Part shown: positions 21,795-35,990 of the stretch, piece by piece | Layout of the letters: every line of letters begins with the position of its first letter | Position numbering within the stretch: the stretch's first letter is position 1 | Source: Azolla caroliniana | Lineage: Eukaryota > Plantae > Polypodiophyta | Direction of reading: 5' to 3' | DNA: 64,000 nucleotides | NCBI GenBank assembly: GCA_043228905.1 | Contig: JBHGNT010000010.1 | Coordinates: 18,910,001 to 18,974,000, forward strand | Position numbers and translations under genes: made by a program | The notes under the pieces: generated by a model | What the model saw: only the letters and a program-made list of their open reading frames with translations | What the model was told of the DNA's origin: nothing | Databases searched by the model: none

Positions 21795-24778
21795 GTGTCT
21801 TTTGTATTGATGTCATGGTCGCTCGTATTTATGCCATTATTACTGGACAAACTGGGATTTCAAAAGGCCATAATGCTGATTCTTTGGATTACATATCTCA
21901 CAAGATGTATGCTCTACTCATTGAGCCAATCATTACTTATGGTGGAGTTGAAACACTGAAAACTATTGATTCGTGCATGTAGCTTTGAGCCACCTGAGGT
22001 GTGTTATCTACAAGATCAATGATGATGGGTGTCAATGATGCGTTCATAGATACATATATTTCTATTATTCCCTCCACACCCAGGAAGAGATGATTTTTGT
22101 TTAGGGAGCAAGTTTTTTGCAATTGCCGAGCTCCCCTTTGATATTTTTGTATTCATGATTTTAAGCATCATGAACTTGCAATGTGATTTCAAGTTATCAC
22201 TTGTGCTCAAATTTTGAGTCAATTCTTGATGTGATGGCATTGCTATCTATGTATGAAAGAAATTAAAAGTCTCGCCCAAACTACTTAGAAGGAGGAAGCT
22301 CGAGTTTTGAACCGAATATGGGCATTACAATGGAATGAAGTTGATTTGTAACGCCTTAAATCATCTCTACTTTTTCTAGACTTTAGCATGTATCACCTTA
22401 GTGCGTACAAATGCTTTTGAATTTCATTTCTTATGAAACTATCTGTTTTAGATTAAGTCATGTCATGGGGTTCGGGTATAAACAGGCAATTTCATGGGGT
22501 TTTATTGTATTGACACCAAATTGTTTTCTATGCAATTTCCTGGTTTTTCATGAATTGATTTGGAACCACTAAGAATTTGTAAACTTTTTCACTTTATCCT
22601 AGAAGCTTACTAACTAAGTAACGCAATTTGGACTTAGTGAAGATTTCTCCAGTAACTAAGCAATATGCTGATAAATGATTGATCAAACTTTAATAAAAGA
22701 TGTGTGCCTCTAATTATTTTGATCGGTCCTTTGATATTTTCCAAACATACAAGTATTAACCCTAATTCAAGGCTGAGAGAAACCCAACCCCTGGAAACAT
22801 TTATCTTGTTTTTCCCAGTTCAAATGATACAGTTTGTTTTCCCTAATCCAAAAATCAAAACTACACCAGAATCCAAAAATGCAATTACAAATTTTGTGAA
22901 ACTGTAAAACCAAATATCTAGATGTTTAGATAACAAACACATTGCAAAACCTTACTCCGATTGTTTGACTATACATACTTTTGACTTCTAATCCAACCAG
23001 TCCTTCGGATATTATGTCTTCTTAAGCAAAGCTGAAATTTTGAATTCTACATTTTACAAAGTGTAATCCCAACACGTTGACAGTTGAACTGAAATACATG
23101 TTTTTTCCAAAAATGTATCTCGTTAAACCTGAATCCATAGATATGCACTCATTTGCCAAATCATAATCAAAGCACAATAAATATAACTATAACCATAAAC
23201 AGTCCAAACCTCAAACCAATGCTTCTTACTTGTTAAACCAGCACCAGTTCACATAAATCTTGTTAAACCATTACCATAGCAATAACCGTAACAATCACCA
23301 AAAATCCAGATCTTTCAGCAGAATACTGGAGATTCTCAGCAGAGCTTTTATATAATTTAGTGGGCAAGATCGAGATTAAGTTAAATGGAGACGATGGGTT
23401 TTATGCTAAACAATTAGGGTTTCTTCATTGAAGACTTTAGACTCGGGATCAGACTCAGAGTAAAACACTAGTTCCGATTCAAGGATGGAACGCTGCAAGT
23501 GAAGCAGATAAAGAAGAAGAAGAAGAAGGATTAGATCTTTATAATGAAGCAATAGAAATGGAGATCAGAGGATAGTCTGTCCTGACCATGATCTTCCTAT
23601 GGTCAGTAAGCAGCAAGCAATATCAATACTCTCAAGTTTGTAAGAACCTCAAAAGCTGAGAGGATAATTTAAAGGTGAAGAATTGTTTTATGAAGGATAA
23701 TTGTTAACCATCAGCAAGAACAACAAAAAAAAAGGTGGGGAGGATCAACATAATCTTGTTCACGTGGCAACCTTATTAAATTGATATTGATATTCTATTC
23801 ACATGGTGCAGGGTTGGGTACCTGTAAGGTCTGATTCAGACAAATGGTCAGCCAAGTTGTTTTTATGAGATATTTTCTCTTAGAGCAGCATGCCTGCAGT
23901 ACGAAGCATAGTTCAGGTTCCCCAAACGCCTTCCACACTGCTTATCCCCTGCATCAAATGAGTGCGTGCCAGGTACATTTGTTTTGAAGATGCTTGGCCA
24001 ATCTATGAATTCTTGAATTGAGCCTAAGATACACTTCAACCAGACACATAATATAGACTTGAACAGTGTATAAACAAGGCTTCTTTCTCTCCTTCCTTAA
24101 TTAGGTGATTGGTGAAAGTTTTGAAGAGAAGTATATAAACTGTTCCACAAACCACCATTAGATTGGACTATTTGTTGATGCTTTGATCCACCTTGATCAT
24201 CATCTCAAGCACAAAGTTACAATCTTGATGCTGAAATTGCTTGGGTTTCAAATGTTATATTGAGCATTGTGAACAATTTGAACATTTCCTGCATACATAC
24301 ATATGTTACCATACATACAAATCATGCATGATCTACTGGAAAGGAAGCTCATGTGGGAAAGGTGGATTGGTCAAGGATGAGTATAGTCACTGGTTATAAG
24401 TATAGACACACTGAAAAAAAAATCCTAGTATAATCACTTGGTAAATTCTTTACAATTTTAAGTCTCATAAGTAGCCAATAATTTATGTTACAAAAGGGTT
24501 GGTTACTGTACACATTGGAGCAAAAATTTGATAAGACTCCATCAAAATCTGAATGAAGCCCTTTCCTCTGGATTTAGATTTATTTCACAAGAGGGCTACG
24601 GCTATACATACCAATGTATATATGTACATTAATTTGTGTGGATATCAATGAAATTTTGAGCTCAACAATCTCTTTATTGAGCAAATAAATAAATAAATAG
24701 ATTCAAGCAAATCAAAGCTTTTCCATTGCATGATCCAGGCTGATCTACTTGGTAATAGAACTTAAAAAATGCTCACAT

Positions 24779-27700
24779 TCACCTCCGTTGGAAGTTCAGA
24801 GTCTTGACAAAGAAGATGAACAAAAGGGCAAATAAGATGGGGAAGACCACAAGCACAGCTGCCACCTTACCAAGGAAATCTGTATGGAAGCCAAAGGTGT
24901 TATTCAGGTATTCAGACACGATGATATTGGATGTCTCTCCTGTCGGAAGTATGTTTGTCACATTCTTCTGAAGATCAGCATACTGTGATGTGATGAGGCC
25001 ATTCACTGTCCATGCTGTTGGACATATCCAGTAATACCATGCCCACCACTCTGGAAGTTCCTGCAAAACATAAGTACATGTCTTGTTAGCATTGCCTATT
25101 GAAAAGATGTGTGTTTAGTCTGTCTCTTTTTTGAGAAGCCTGGTGTTATTATGAAGCCCTATACCTCTTTGACCAAGATAAATGATATTTTCCTTTAAAA
25201 TTTTCTTTTATTTATTTTCAAAAAAAGACATCATGTGCAAAGCAGAGTCTGCTGCATTGTTTTGCAATTGACTTAACAAGTTTTAGAAACCAATTGGAAT
25301 GAAAGAGGTGTTTTCCTTTCCACACCAAAGGATGTTAGTCTAAGCTTCAAATTTTCAAAAGCCAGATGGAAGAGCGCCATCGGAAGATGATAGATGGTGT
25401 GCCATCGAGCTATACTTCGATCTTTCCTTTAGAATCAGGTACCCAAATTCTGGAATGTTTTGGCGAGGAGGCAAATCAGAGCGCAACTTATATAGAGATT
25501 GAAGTGTCTGCATATCACACTTTTAATAACCTTGACTATAGAGTCAACCAAACCCTATAATGTCATCAAAAGCTTTGCTGCCAAACAAGGAACACTTGCA
25601 ATAACACTTTCGGCTGTGGGTAGCTTTGCAGCAGATGATAATGTGTTATTCCTCGCTCCTACACCTACGGTTCCCTAAAGGGGGAAGGTGTAGAGGTAGT
25701 TGAATGTTATCAGCCAGGCAGATGGGTTCCACATTTTACCGTGGCTGCAAATTTTCTGAAGCCCATTTTCTGATGCTTCCTCTATATTAAGAGACTTGAA
25801 ATCACCATTTACGGACAAGGCTATGACATGGATTTAGTAGAATTCTCTTGTGTTCGAGAGTGTTCAAGAGCATTGTTCCTCAGGTGCAGAAAACAAATAA
25901 CCAGTATTATTGTAGCTTCTTTTACATTGGATGGGGGTGTTTACTATGGATATACAAAAAGATTAAATCAAGATGTTTGTATTTGTCTCTACAAAGAGAG
26001 TTAGATAGTTTTTATTATCCTCTTCGGAGGTCAAATAGGAATTATGAGACCAAAACATAAAACATTTTCATGCATTACATGTGAAAGTGAGTAGTGACTG
26101 TCGATATCCCAGAACTTTACTGTCATAGTGACTGTTTATTAATCTATTCTCGATGATCACATGCTTATAGCATAACCTGAGAGCTCCAATATGACAATTT
26201 TTTGGATTTTTTTTATTTCATTCCATGCATTAAGTGACATAGTGCCATCCATACTTCCACTTTAAAAAACAACACTTGGATCACCATGGCATCGAATAAC
26301 ATCAATCTCACTTCCCATCCTTGTGTCCCTCTTTGGTTGCATTGATTCACAAACATAAAATAAGTATTCCAACTTGCTTGAAGTCCAGATTCATAGCATA
26401 CCTTCCTCCTATTTGTTGATGGGACATTAATACCAAGATATTTGAAGTTTTTGTGCGTGTGTGTGTGTGTGAGAGAGAGATGCTTGTAAGGGACAAGGTT
26501 TTCAGCAATAAACCCTATAGATTTTGATGATAAATAAAACAACAATCATGTGACCTTTAGAAAGAGAGATTGATTTCAAGTACTCAAGAATTGTGGTGTC
26601 ATTTTCTATGAGTTCGGGGATGTTGGTTCTTGTTCTTTGCACACCATGTGGATGTTGTAGAATCGCATTATAGCCCTCCATTGTAGCTCCTTCTCGTACT
26701 TAAAACTTAGAGGCACTTTGATACATTGCCCTATTTTCAGTCAGCTTTACTGCAGCCTATGGAACTTCACATGTTTTCATCTATAATGATACCGATTCTT
26801 CAGGAAACAGTCTTTAATATTAACTTGTTTGCAACTAAATCTTGTTTCTTCTGCTCTATCTTATACATTAATTCATTGTTCTTCCACTCTCTCATACACT
26901 AATTCATAATTCATTAATACAACTGCAAATAAGAGGCAGTTGGACTTGTTTTCAGAAATCGATAAGATTCGTAACAACTGTGGAGATGGAAAATAACTTA
27001 CCGGTTTCGGCATTAAGAAACCTGAGAAGAGGTTGAAAATTGCATAGAAAGCTGATGCCACAATAGCTGCCACTTGATGGTTGGGTGTGATGGAAACAGC
27101 CATCATACCATAGTATGTGAAGTAGAGGAATGTGCAGAACATGGTGAAGAGAAACCATAAGCACTTGTAAACCTTCCATTCAAATCCAATCATGGAGTAC
27201 ACTATGAATCCATATATAATTGTTTGGAAGAATACATAGGGAAACTCTATGATAATCTGAAAACCATCGTAAGGTTAAGTAAGTCTGGATAAAAAAACTG
27301 AATCAAAATAACCAAAAATCTGGAACATTACTGAGTTAACCCAAATAACGAAAAAAACTGACCTGCGAAAGTGCATATGGCATGGCTGAGTACATTCCAG
27401 CACCTCGCTCACGGTAGAAGACAGTACGTTCGACGGATACCACAGGCTGGACTGTGGAACAATTATTGATACCCAAAAACAATGTTGCTCCATACATTGC
27501 TCCCATCACTGTGAGCAGATCTTGCACTCTTGTACTGGTCCCGTCATATGAAAATCGAAAAGAACCTCATTACATGATCAAGATTAAGAATCTAGAAAGG
27601 AATTTGGAGTATTGGATCAAGATTTTCAACATCGAATTACTCACACTTTAGTTCCAAGATCCCAAAAAATGGTACCAAAGATGAGACCTGAAATAAAAGT

Positions 27701-30700
27701 GAATGCAAACCGAACCAAGTTGTATCCTGGGCTTCGCCAGTAGGTTAAGTTTTGTTTCCACAAGAGATATTTGAACTGGCCCAAACGTGACTGGCAATAT
27801 TGGGTTGGGAAAAACAAATCTTGAGTTCCTGAAGCTGGCATACTGAGCTCCTTGATCAACTCTTTATTGCGCCTACAAGAGAAGATTTTAAGATCTTAAA
27901 AACATCTACCACTTCGTACCTGTATCTGAAATCTAACGGAATCCATATGCATATCATGCATACATATAACATAGCATAAAAATAGTCCGAAACTTTAATG
28001 ATTGCAACATCAAGTACGTGCAGACATGATAGCTCCACAAAATTTCCCTTTCTTCAATAATAAAATAAAATTTAACATGGTTCCACCTTGAAGTCTCATC
28101 TAGAAAGACGGATAATTATCAAATGTTTCTAAGAAATTGAAGAGAATATTATGTATCTTTGATGACTGAACAGTTCTTTCAGTCAAAATCAAGTTACACT
28201 ACCTGAAACATTCCTTTGTAGAAAGTTTTAACCTTAACACACTCATTCTTTTAGTAGATTAAGGTTATTACTAGGTTTTCTCGGGGTTATTCCTTATAAG
28301 ATTTTCTTGAAAAAATAATGTTCCCATTACCTATCTGTCATATATAAAGAAAGATTGGCAGTTCTTGCCTTTATATAAAGTAGGAACATAGAGATTCAAA
28401 TGCAATGCTTACTGTGCAAGGGAGGATTTTCTATATATTTCTGCAAAGTCAATCCCAAGCCGCTGCTCTTGAGCGACATTACTGACTTCTAGCATCCATG
28501 TGGCTGGGTTGTACTTATCTTTAATTCTAGGAACCCCTGGAATTGTCTGTATTGTATGGAAGAGCAATACATAAGGGCTTTCCAAAAACAAGAAATCACA
28601 AGCTCAAAAACCTTGATTACCTCAAAGTATTCAATTAACTTTTGTGAGTTTTGACCTAATGGCCCAGCATAAATGACCTGACCACCGCGCTTCATCAACA
28701 AAAGCTGCACAACATATGATTCGTTTTGTTTACTACATTTGTGCACAAGAACCTGAATTATTATCTCCTAAAGCTCTTCTTGACCACATCCATTAGTAAT
28801 TTACCTCATCAAAGGATTCAAAGATATCAATGCTTGGCTGATGGATTGTACAAACGACTGTCCGCCCAGTGTCCACCGTGTTTCTAACAGCACGCATAAC
28901 AATCGCCGCAGCTCTAGCATCTAATCCGGACGTTGGCTCATCCATGAAAATAATCGAAGGGTTTGCAACCAGCTCAACAGCAATAGTGAGTCTTTTCCTT
29001 TGCTCAGTTGAGAGACCACTCATGCCTGGGAGTCCAACCAATGCTCCTCTAATAGTGTCGAGTTCAACCAGATCCATGACTTCCTCCACAAATTGCTGGA
29101 TAACAACCCAACTATGTCAGTTAGCTGGATATCAAATTAACAAATATCAAAGATGATTGACAAAATTTAAAAAACAAAAATACCATAGCATGCTATGAAA
29201 CACATTCACTGTTTTTATGAGCTTACCATTCTGGTTTCATAACTGATATCAGAAGGAATTCGAAGTGCTGCAGAAAAGATAAGAGACTCATGCACGGTAA
29301 GCTGGGGAGAATGGATGTCTGTCTGTTCACAGTAGCCTGAAATTCTTGCAAAAGTCTCTTGCCTCTTGGCATATCCAGATATCCGTATATCTCCCTCTGT
29401 GTAACCACTGGTTTTCCGGCCTGCAAGAACATCCATTAGGGTTGTTTTTCCAGCACCGCTGACACCCATGAGGGCAGTTAATACACCAGGCCTAAAGGAC
29501 CCTGTCACCCCACGCAACAACTGCAGTTTGTCGTCTGTGACACCTTGTCCCATCATTTCCTTCATATCCATAAAGACTTGGTTATATACATAAGAAATTC
29601 AATCCTTGTAAAGTTCTCATCAACGAGTTAATGAACGTTGGATATGCAGAAACTCACTACAGGCATGTCGACAAAGTATCTGACATCCTCAAAAGACATA
29701 GAGAATGGTTGGAAAGAAAGGGACATTCCATGCTTCCCTCGACCCATATCAATACCACCCATACCATAATTACTGTAGTGTTCTCGACTAGCGGTTGTTC
29801 GGTAAAACTGTATGTCAACTGCAGTAAAAGAGCACTATAAATAAAAGGGTTGTGTTGGATTTGACACGTACTCACGATGTTTAAATTAACACCTTACATT
29901 CATTATTATCGCTTGACGATGATAAAGATTTGGGCATATGTCTTCTACTGTGTCTCATTTTTGTATTCAACAGCATGTCAAAACTTGTATCATCTTCTTC
30001 TTGAATCTCCGCAAGAGCTTCTTTGGAAATCATGGCTTGTGGCTTACCAATTGCTGTATAAAAGACAATATGAAGATCTTGAGTTAATCTCTCTAGATAT
30101 GTGAATAAGGAAATCTGCCTTTGTAGGAATCCTTTGTACTCACGATGGAAGTATGATAACACTATTGTGAATAGGAGGTTGAATATCAAAATGAATCCAA
30201 CCAAAGCACCGACACCAATCCAATAATAGTAAGTTTCGCTATGAAGGCCCCGATTCTGTAATACTGCGATGCCTTCAGTGTTATTAGTTCCAGTAGTAAC
30301 ATTATTCTGCACACATGAAAGAAATCATTATCATTTCTGGTCAAATAAACATATATTCGAAAGAATCCTCAGGCCCATACCCATCTTTCGGCACGGAATT
30401 CATTAACAGTGATTGCTGACTCGCCATATGCAAGGGGTGATAGATAGTACCCCCAAATCCACCATTTTGGAATGCTCTCTGTAGAAGGTAAAATCTCAGT
30501 GACCCAGAAAACTTGTGCAAAAAAATATAAGAATCATTCAATTGAGCCTTACCTCTTGGAATAATGAAACCTCCAAGCATGAAAATGATCAAGAGCACAA
30601 AGGAGCCTCCAGTGTTTGCAAGGATCATTGATTGACACAAACCACCAATCAAACGAAAGAGGGACGATGACATCTGATGCATCAGAAAGAGTAATAGGTA

Positions 30701-31304
30701 CTGTCGAAAGAACCTACGATATAGACATTATTATCATTAAATATAATGAACTCACTATTTTGGACTCTATAACAGGATTATATTAGATTGAAGCTCCTTT
30801 TTGTGTTATACCTGCCAGGTTCAGGAGCAAAACCAATAACGAAATATGTAAGCACAACCCAAAGTCCGGATTCGACCACAGACTGTGGAATCCTCAAAAC
30901 AAAAGTCGGCAGTGTGTATGCCCATGCAGGATAAAAGAGCAAATCTCGTTGTTTGAAGAATACAGGAAGCCTAAAGATAGTCAATGACATCTCAGCAAAA
31001 CCATTGAACATTATGATGACCAAAGAGAAAAACAGTGCCCCCAAGTAGTAGTTTCCATCTTCGAGTGTCACATGAAGTCTTGTCCTTAGAAAAACGGTCA
31101 TTGCAATGAATGCTACAAGAACCAACTGCATGCATAGACAAATGTTCTCTTATTTTCTTGGTTTATTAGTCCACAACAGCAGATACGGTTATGTAAAGAA
31201 CAACTTAAAAGGCATCCTCATGAATATACACATTATGTACGTACATATGCATACATATATGTGTATGTATATGCTCATACATGCATACATATTCATGCTA
31301 CATA

Positions 31305-31343
<39 letters not shown>

Positions 31344-34300
31344 ATCTGTAAAAGATACCATTAAACAGATGCATAAAGATTAGAACATGAGCACGCACAT
31401 AGACATAACTATTATAGCAATGACTGTTAGCAATAAATACCTGGATACCCTTGAAAATATAAACAAATGAGTTTCTTTTCATCAAGAGCCATTCCCTGTT
31501 GAAGCATGCATTCAAAAGGTCCATGTTACTGACAGAATATCGACTAAAGCTCAAAGCTGCTCTGTGACTCTTCTCTTTAGGATATGGCCGAGACAGCTCA
31601 TTCATGATTCGTCTCCCCACATGGAATTCTTTGAACTTATCAGCAAATTCTTTCACTTTGATGTAATTGTAGTGTTTCCCTTTATCATACCAATATTGTT
31701 CCTGGTCTTTGCGAGAAGTCACCTGACGATGGAAGTTGGATAGTCAGAGAGAGAGATATGTAAAGCTCAACGAATGTAAATAAGAGTAAGAGGCTTTATA
31801 TGTGTGTCTTGTTTTACTTTGTAACCTCAATTATATATATCAATGGTTGAAATATTTCAAGGAAAAAAGGCTATGGCCAAGAAAGTGGAAAGAAAAAGGT
31901 GATTTTTAAACCTCTTGCAAGAAATCTGCAATTCCCTTCCTTTCAGGACACTTGAACCCGCAGCTCTCAAAAAACTCCAATGCGTGTTCTCTTGGACCCT
32001 GATACACTATTTGCCCTTCGGCAATCAGAATTATGTCATCAAAAAGTTCAAAGGTCTCTGGTGGAGGCTGTAAAAGCGACATCAAGATGGTTCCTTCTAA
32101 TGCATGCACGATTTGTCTTAGGCATTTTACCACCTGAAAGGTTGTGGAACTATCGAGACCTGTGGATATTTCATCCATAAAGAGTGTTTTGGTTGGTCCA
32201 ACAATCATTTCTCCTGCAAAGAAAAAGTAAACGCAGCCCATTTATATAAGTATTGTGATAATCATTCATAAAATGTAGGATCATAATACAATGTGGAGAT
32301 GACAGAAGGTATCACATTCAGATCTATGTGAAAATCATCAAACCAAACATTGCTCAGCATATATCACTATCAATGATCTGGGAAATAACTACATATTTAG
32401 CTCTGCCCATATGGATGCCCATCTTTCGGTTGCAATAAAATGGGTGTGCATCAACTCCACAAAATTCCTTCAGCAGAGCACCATATTTGTTACCACTTGG
32501 TTTTTCCAGGGAAATTGTGTTCCAAAGATGGTCTGGGATTATAGTGACCAACGATTTCCCTAGTTTTGTTTTCACATGGGAGGAGATTGAAGCTGTGAGA
32601 GAACTGATTAGAATTTTCATAAGACGATTCACACAATCTCATTTTACCTTGGGATCTATCCCCCTTCCACATTTACCCTTGTATACTCTTCCCATCATCC
32701 CATGTGCAACAATCAGGTATTTCAGCAGTTCACCAGCGCTGCAATTCTGTGCAGTTGTAGTTAATCTGTTTTCTTTCCATAGTGGTGTGTTATTATAAAG
32801 CACTAAGATATGAAAGCACATGAACATTGAGAAGTCATAAAGAAATGTATGAGCCTCGGGCCTCTTGACTACTTCCAGTTGGTCTTTATCACAAAAAAAG
32901 CACATATTTAAGTTATATGACGGCCACTAAACAGGAACAAAAAGAAGACTGAATCAAATTAATTGCTGACAATAATGAACTGAAAAGGACTGCCAATGAT
33001 TCAGCAAGCTCAATGACAATGCCATGATGAATTCATGTGCAAATTGCAATACAAAATGAAATTCTTAAAAGAGGGAGGTGATGAAGAAAGAGGAAAAGGC
33101 AAAGAAGTAGAAAAATAACATTGGCACTATACATCAGACTCAGATTAGGTGTGTGAAATGACAGGTGGGTCCACTCCACTCTACTTTCTAGTGTCAGGTG
33201 TCCAAAATAACAATCAGCTCTAATAGTCTAGAAGAATTAGCAAGGTTTGTATATGTGGTCTTGCCACGGTCTCATTATGAAATGAAGAGGCATTTTGCAA
33301 TGTGAGTGAGAAGCTCTCATACCAAGAATCTGGAAGAATGGTAAATCGATATTTCTTAAACAAGTAAAGTGGATATATCCACTGTTTTTCAAGATAAATC
33401 AATCCCAGAGTTGATATCAAAGCATCAGTTATTGACTCAAGGTGATCTACTCTGTTCCTGTGTGTGTGTGTGTGTGTGTTGATATCTGAGAATGATACTA
33501 AAAATATGTATCCATCTCTTACACACAAAACTTCAAATTGATGTAAATAGTGTAGTAGTAGCTTGTCTGCATTGCATATTTGAAGAGCTATTATTATGTA
33601 CATAAAAACCGTTTCCTAAGCTATTCCTTAAGTACAAGGTTAGCACACTGGTTCAAACATACATCAGATTGGAAAACCCAAAAAAAAACCCAAGACTGAC
33701 ATTTGCAAACACACATTCTTTTAGATAAGACAATGCATAATCTATTCCTTTGAAGAGATATAGAGCATACAAACCTGTTGTCACTCTTTTTTTTTGCCCT
33801 CCTGAAATGCCTCTTCGCATAGGGTCACCGACCATTGTGTCAGCACATACATCCAAACCAAGAATCTAACCGACGTGAGAATGACCAAAAATATCAGTTT
33901 GAGCATCTCAACCCGATAAGAAAGGTATGAGAGTTATGTTGCATACATACTTTTAATGTATAATCGGTTTGAAGACTACTCTGAATTCCTTCTAGAGAAG
34001 TTGCCTATCAAGAAAACGGCTCAACATTAGTGATTCCCTGGCAAAACTATCTATATTATAAAATGATGCCAGAATTGAGATACCAAAGAATTCCTCCTAA
34101 AAGTTTATACCTTCATAAATGCATCGATTTCCGCATCTGGGAAAATACCAGCTTGTTTTTCTCGCTTGGCAAGCTCCATCAGCATCTCTACACATTTTTA
34201 AAAACTGAGCATATTACCACATGATTATATAATTTTCTTAACAAATTCTTCTATCAAGATGACATGGTAACAGTTCTTACCATATCTTGTACCAACTCCC

Positions 34301-35990
34301 TGACATTGAGCAGAGAAATTGAGCGTCTCTCTAACGGTCAATTCTCCTATGTGCAAATCGTGCTGGCTGATGTATGCTGAGGTCTTCTGAGGCACAAACT
34401 CATGGAGAGCATGCCCATTGTATGTGATACTTCCTTTTTTCTATTATAAAGTAGCCGGTATCAGTCATCTGATGTTTCAAATACATTTTTTTTTGTTGAA
34501 ACAACAATATTAGATAAGCAACCCACTTTCAAAGAGGGATCTAGTTTTCCAGCTAAAGCCAGAAGAAGAGTTGTCTTGCCTGATCCTGGAGGGCCTAAAA
34601 GAAGTGTCATCCTGGAATATATTCAGAGAATAGGTATCATCACAATGCTCTGATTCCTCCAAAAATTTGTTGTAGTAAGTAAAATTTACCTGCATGGCTT
34701 GATGATACCACTAATGCTTTTCAGTATCGTAAGGCTAGCTTTCTGTGCCCTTGATAAGTGGAAGATACCCAAAAATATCTGATGAATGTGAAAATTCGAA
34801 AAGAAAGATTATGAAATCTAAATAGCAAATCCGACAGAATGAAAAATGATGAGATCATGCTTCTATAACCTCAACAAAGTTCCGGACTGTATTCCAGAGG
34901 GTTGGTAATGCCCGACCACCCACATAACATTGTGCATCGATTGTGAGATTTTCAAATCGAACCTCGACTGTTGGTAATTCGATCCCAACTCTGGCACAAA
35001 CTCAAAAACGAAAACCAAAGGCAATGGGTCAACTTATAAATGCAATACACATTAAGCCAGACCCAAAACATGGCGCTGAGATAGATTCCTCTAACTTAAT
35101 GCAACAGTTTTTTTGCAATATATTATACAATGCAATGTTGTTCTCTTTTCTACACAAAAAGTGCACCAATAACAGGGCATGAATCCTCATATTTATCAAT
35201 ATGAATTGTGTAATATGCTATATAATGAAATGTAAAGTACACCAATAAAAGGGCATAGAGATAGAATCCTCATATTTATCGACTGTGTAATATGCAATAA
35301 ACTATGTTAGATGCCAAAAATAGGGTCTATAAATAGTTTCTTCATACTTATCGATATAATATACAATGAAGTATGCGATGTTATACATGAGAATCAGACC
35401 GAAATATAGGGCATAATTCCTCATACTTTTGACGCGGCTTGTGCAATATGGCATACAATTTAAGTATGCTATGTTATATGGTACACTATACAATGCAACA
35501 CAACAAGCTCTCTTATTAATGAAAATCGTTAGCAAAACAAGGCATTGATTAATTAATAATTTTCCTCATACTTATCGATACGGTTCCGGAGCTTGTTAAG
35601 GAACTTCTCATTGTCTTCTTCAGCAACTTTGAGGAGGCGATCGATGAGCATTTGTCTTTCCCACATGCCAAGGTCAGTGACATTGATCTCTTGTGTGATG
35701 ACCTTACCACCTTCCATACTCTTGAGGATGGATGTCCGAAGTCTATCATAAGTTGGCAGCTTTTCCAAGGCTGCCCATTTGAGAGCCTCCTCATCGTCGT
35801 CATCAGTCGAGTCTCGTCGCGATCGGATGGATCGTGTGAACACATTGTTAAGGTCAGCAGCTCGTGTCGACCAACTCCTAATGCTATTAGGGTTACTCAT
35901 CCTCATGGTTCTACTCACACTTCGGCTCAATGTGTTCCTTAATTGTGATCCCCATATGTCCAGATTCTCAAGCTCCACTGCTTGAGCCAT
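24779..35990 (-). CDS. ABCG: Full-size ABCG (pleiotropic drug resistance, PDR) transporter, ~1503 aa, 24 exons
   Basis: Exons: 35990-35572, 34990-34870, 34778-34690, 34611-34527, 34440-34281, 34187-34111, 34004-33951, 33865-33775, 32213-31912, 31722-31441, 31125-30812, 30713-30553, 30478-30381, 30306-30144, 30053-29898, 29818-29658, 29559-29227, 29095-28805, 28704-28621, 28546-28413, 27872-27645, 27534-27363, 27256-27002, 25060-24779. All are GT-AG and in phase. Motifs: [92 protein letters not shown]-terminal LNFQRR. Confidence 0.95.
25387..25885 (+). pseudogene. Pseudogene of a plant 2H-phosphoesterase (RNA ligase/cyclic nucleotide phosphodiesterase family), antisense within the last ABCG intron
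   Basis: Frameshifted translation gives AIELYFD...[15 protein letters not shown]...HITL...[38 protein letters not shown]...[21 protein letters not shown]...SILRDLKSP...[11 protein letters not shown]. This matches, from memory, the Arabidopsis At5g40190-type protein, with several frameshifts and an internal deletion. Confidence 0.8.
26100..26800 (-). mobile_element. Decayed non-LTR retrotransposon (RTE-like) fragment downstream of the RT core, interrupted by (TG)n(AG)n
   Basis: Translation FKYLGINVP...[18 protein letters not shown]...[21 protein letters not shown] resembles the KYLG...LFDAMV..VLLYG.EVW region of RTE-type RTs. Boundaries are approximate. Confidence 0.65.
32345..32770 (-). pseudogene. 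Probable degenerate P-class PPR fragment in ABCG intron 8
   Basis: [36 protein letters not shown]...[17 protein letters not shown]...KMGIH...[11 protein letters not shown] resembles successive P-type motifs, with frameshifts and stops. Confidence 0.5.
35160..35585 (-). repeat. Degenerate ~78-bp tandem repeat in ABCG intron 1, each unit resembling the exon1/intron1 junction
   Basis: True donor ATCGATAA|GTATGAGGAAAATTA at 35572/35571. Copies GTCAAAAGTATGAGGAATTA (~35425), ATCGATAAGTATGAAGAAA (~35347), GTCGATAAATATGAGGATT (~35275) and ATTGATAAATATGAGGATT (~35192). Confidence 0.8.

Noticed and set aside
23800-24260. Exon-like segments with AG/GT borders between ATL and ABCG
   Set aside because: Translations contain stops and match no family I recognise; possibly a pseudogene fragment but unsupported.
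33220-33603. 127-aa ORF in ABCG intron 8
   Set aside because: Runs through a (CA)n microsatellite and has no recognisable motif.
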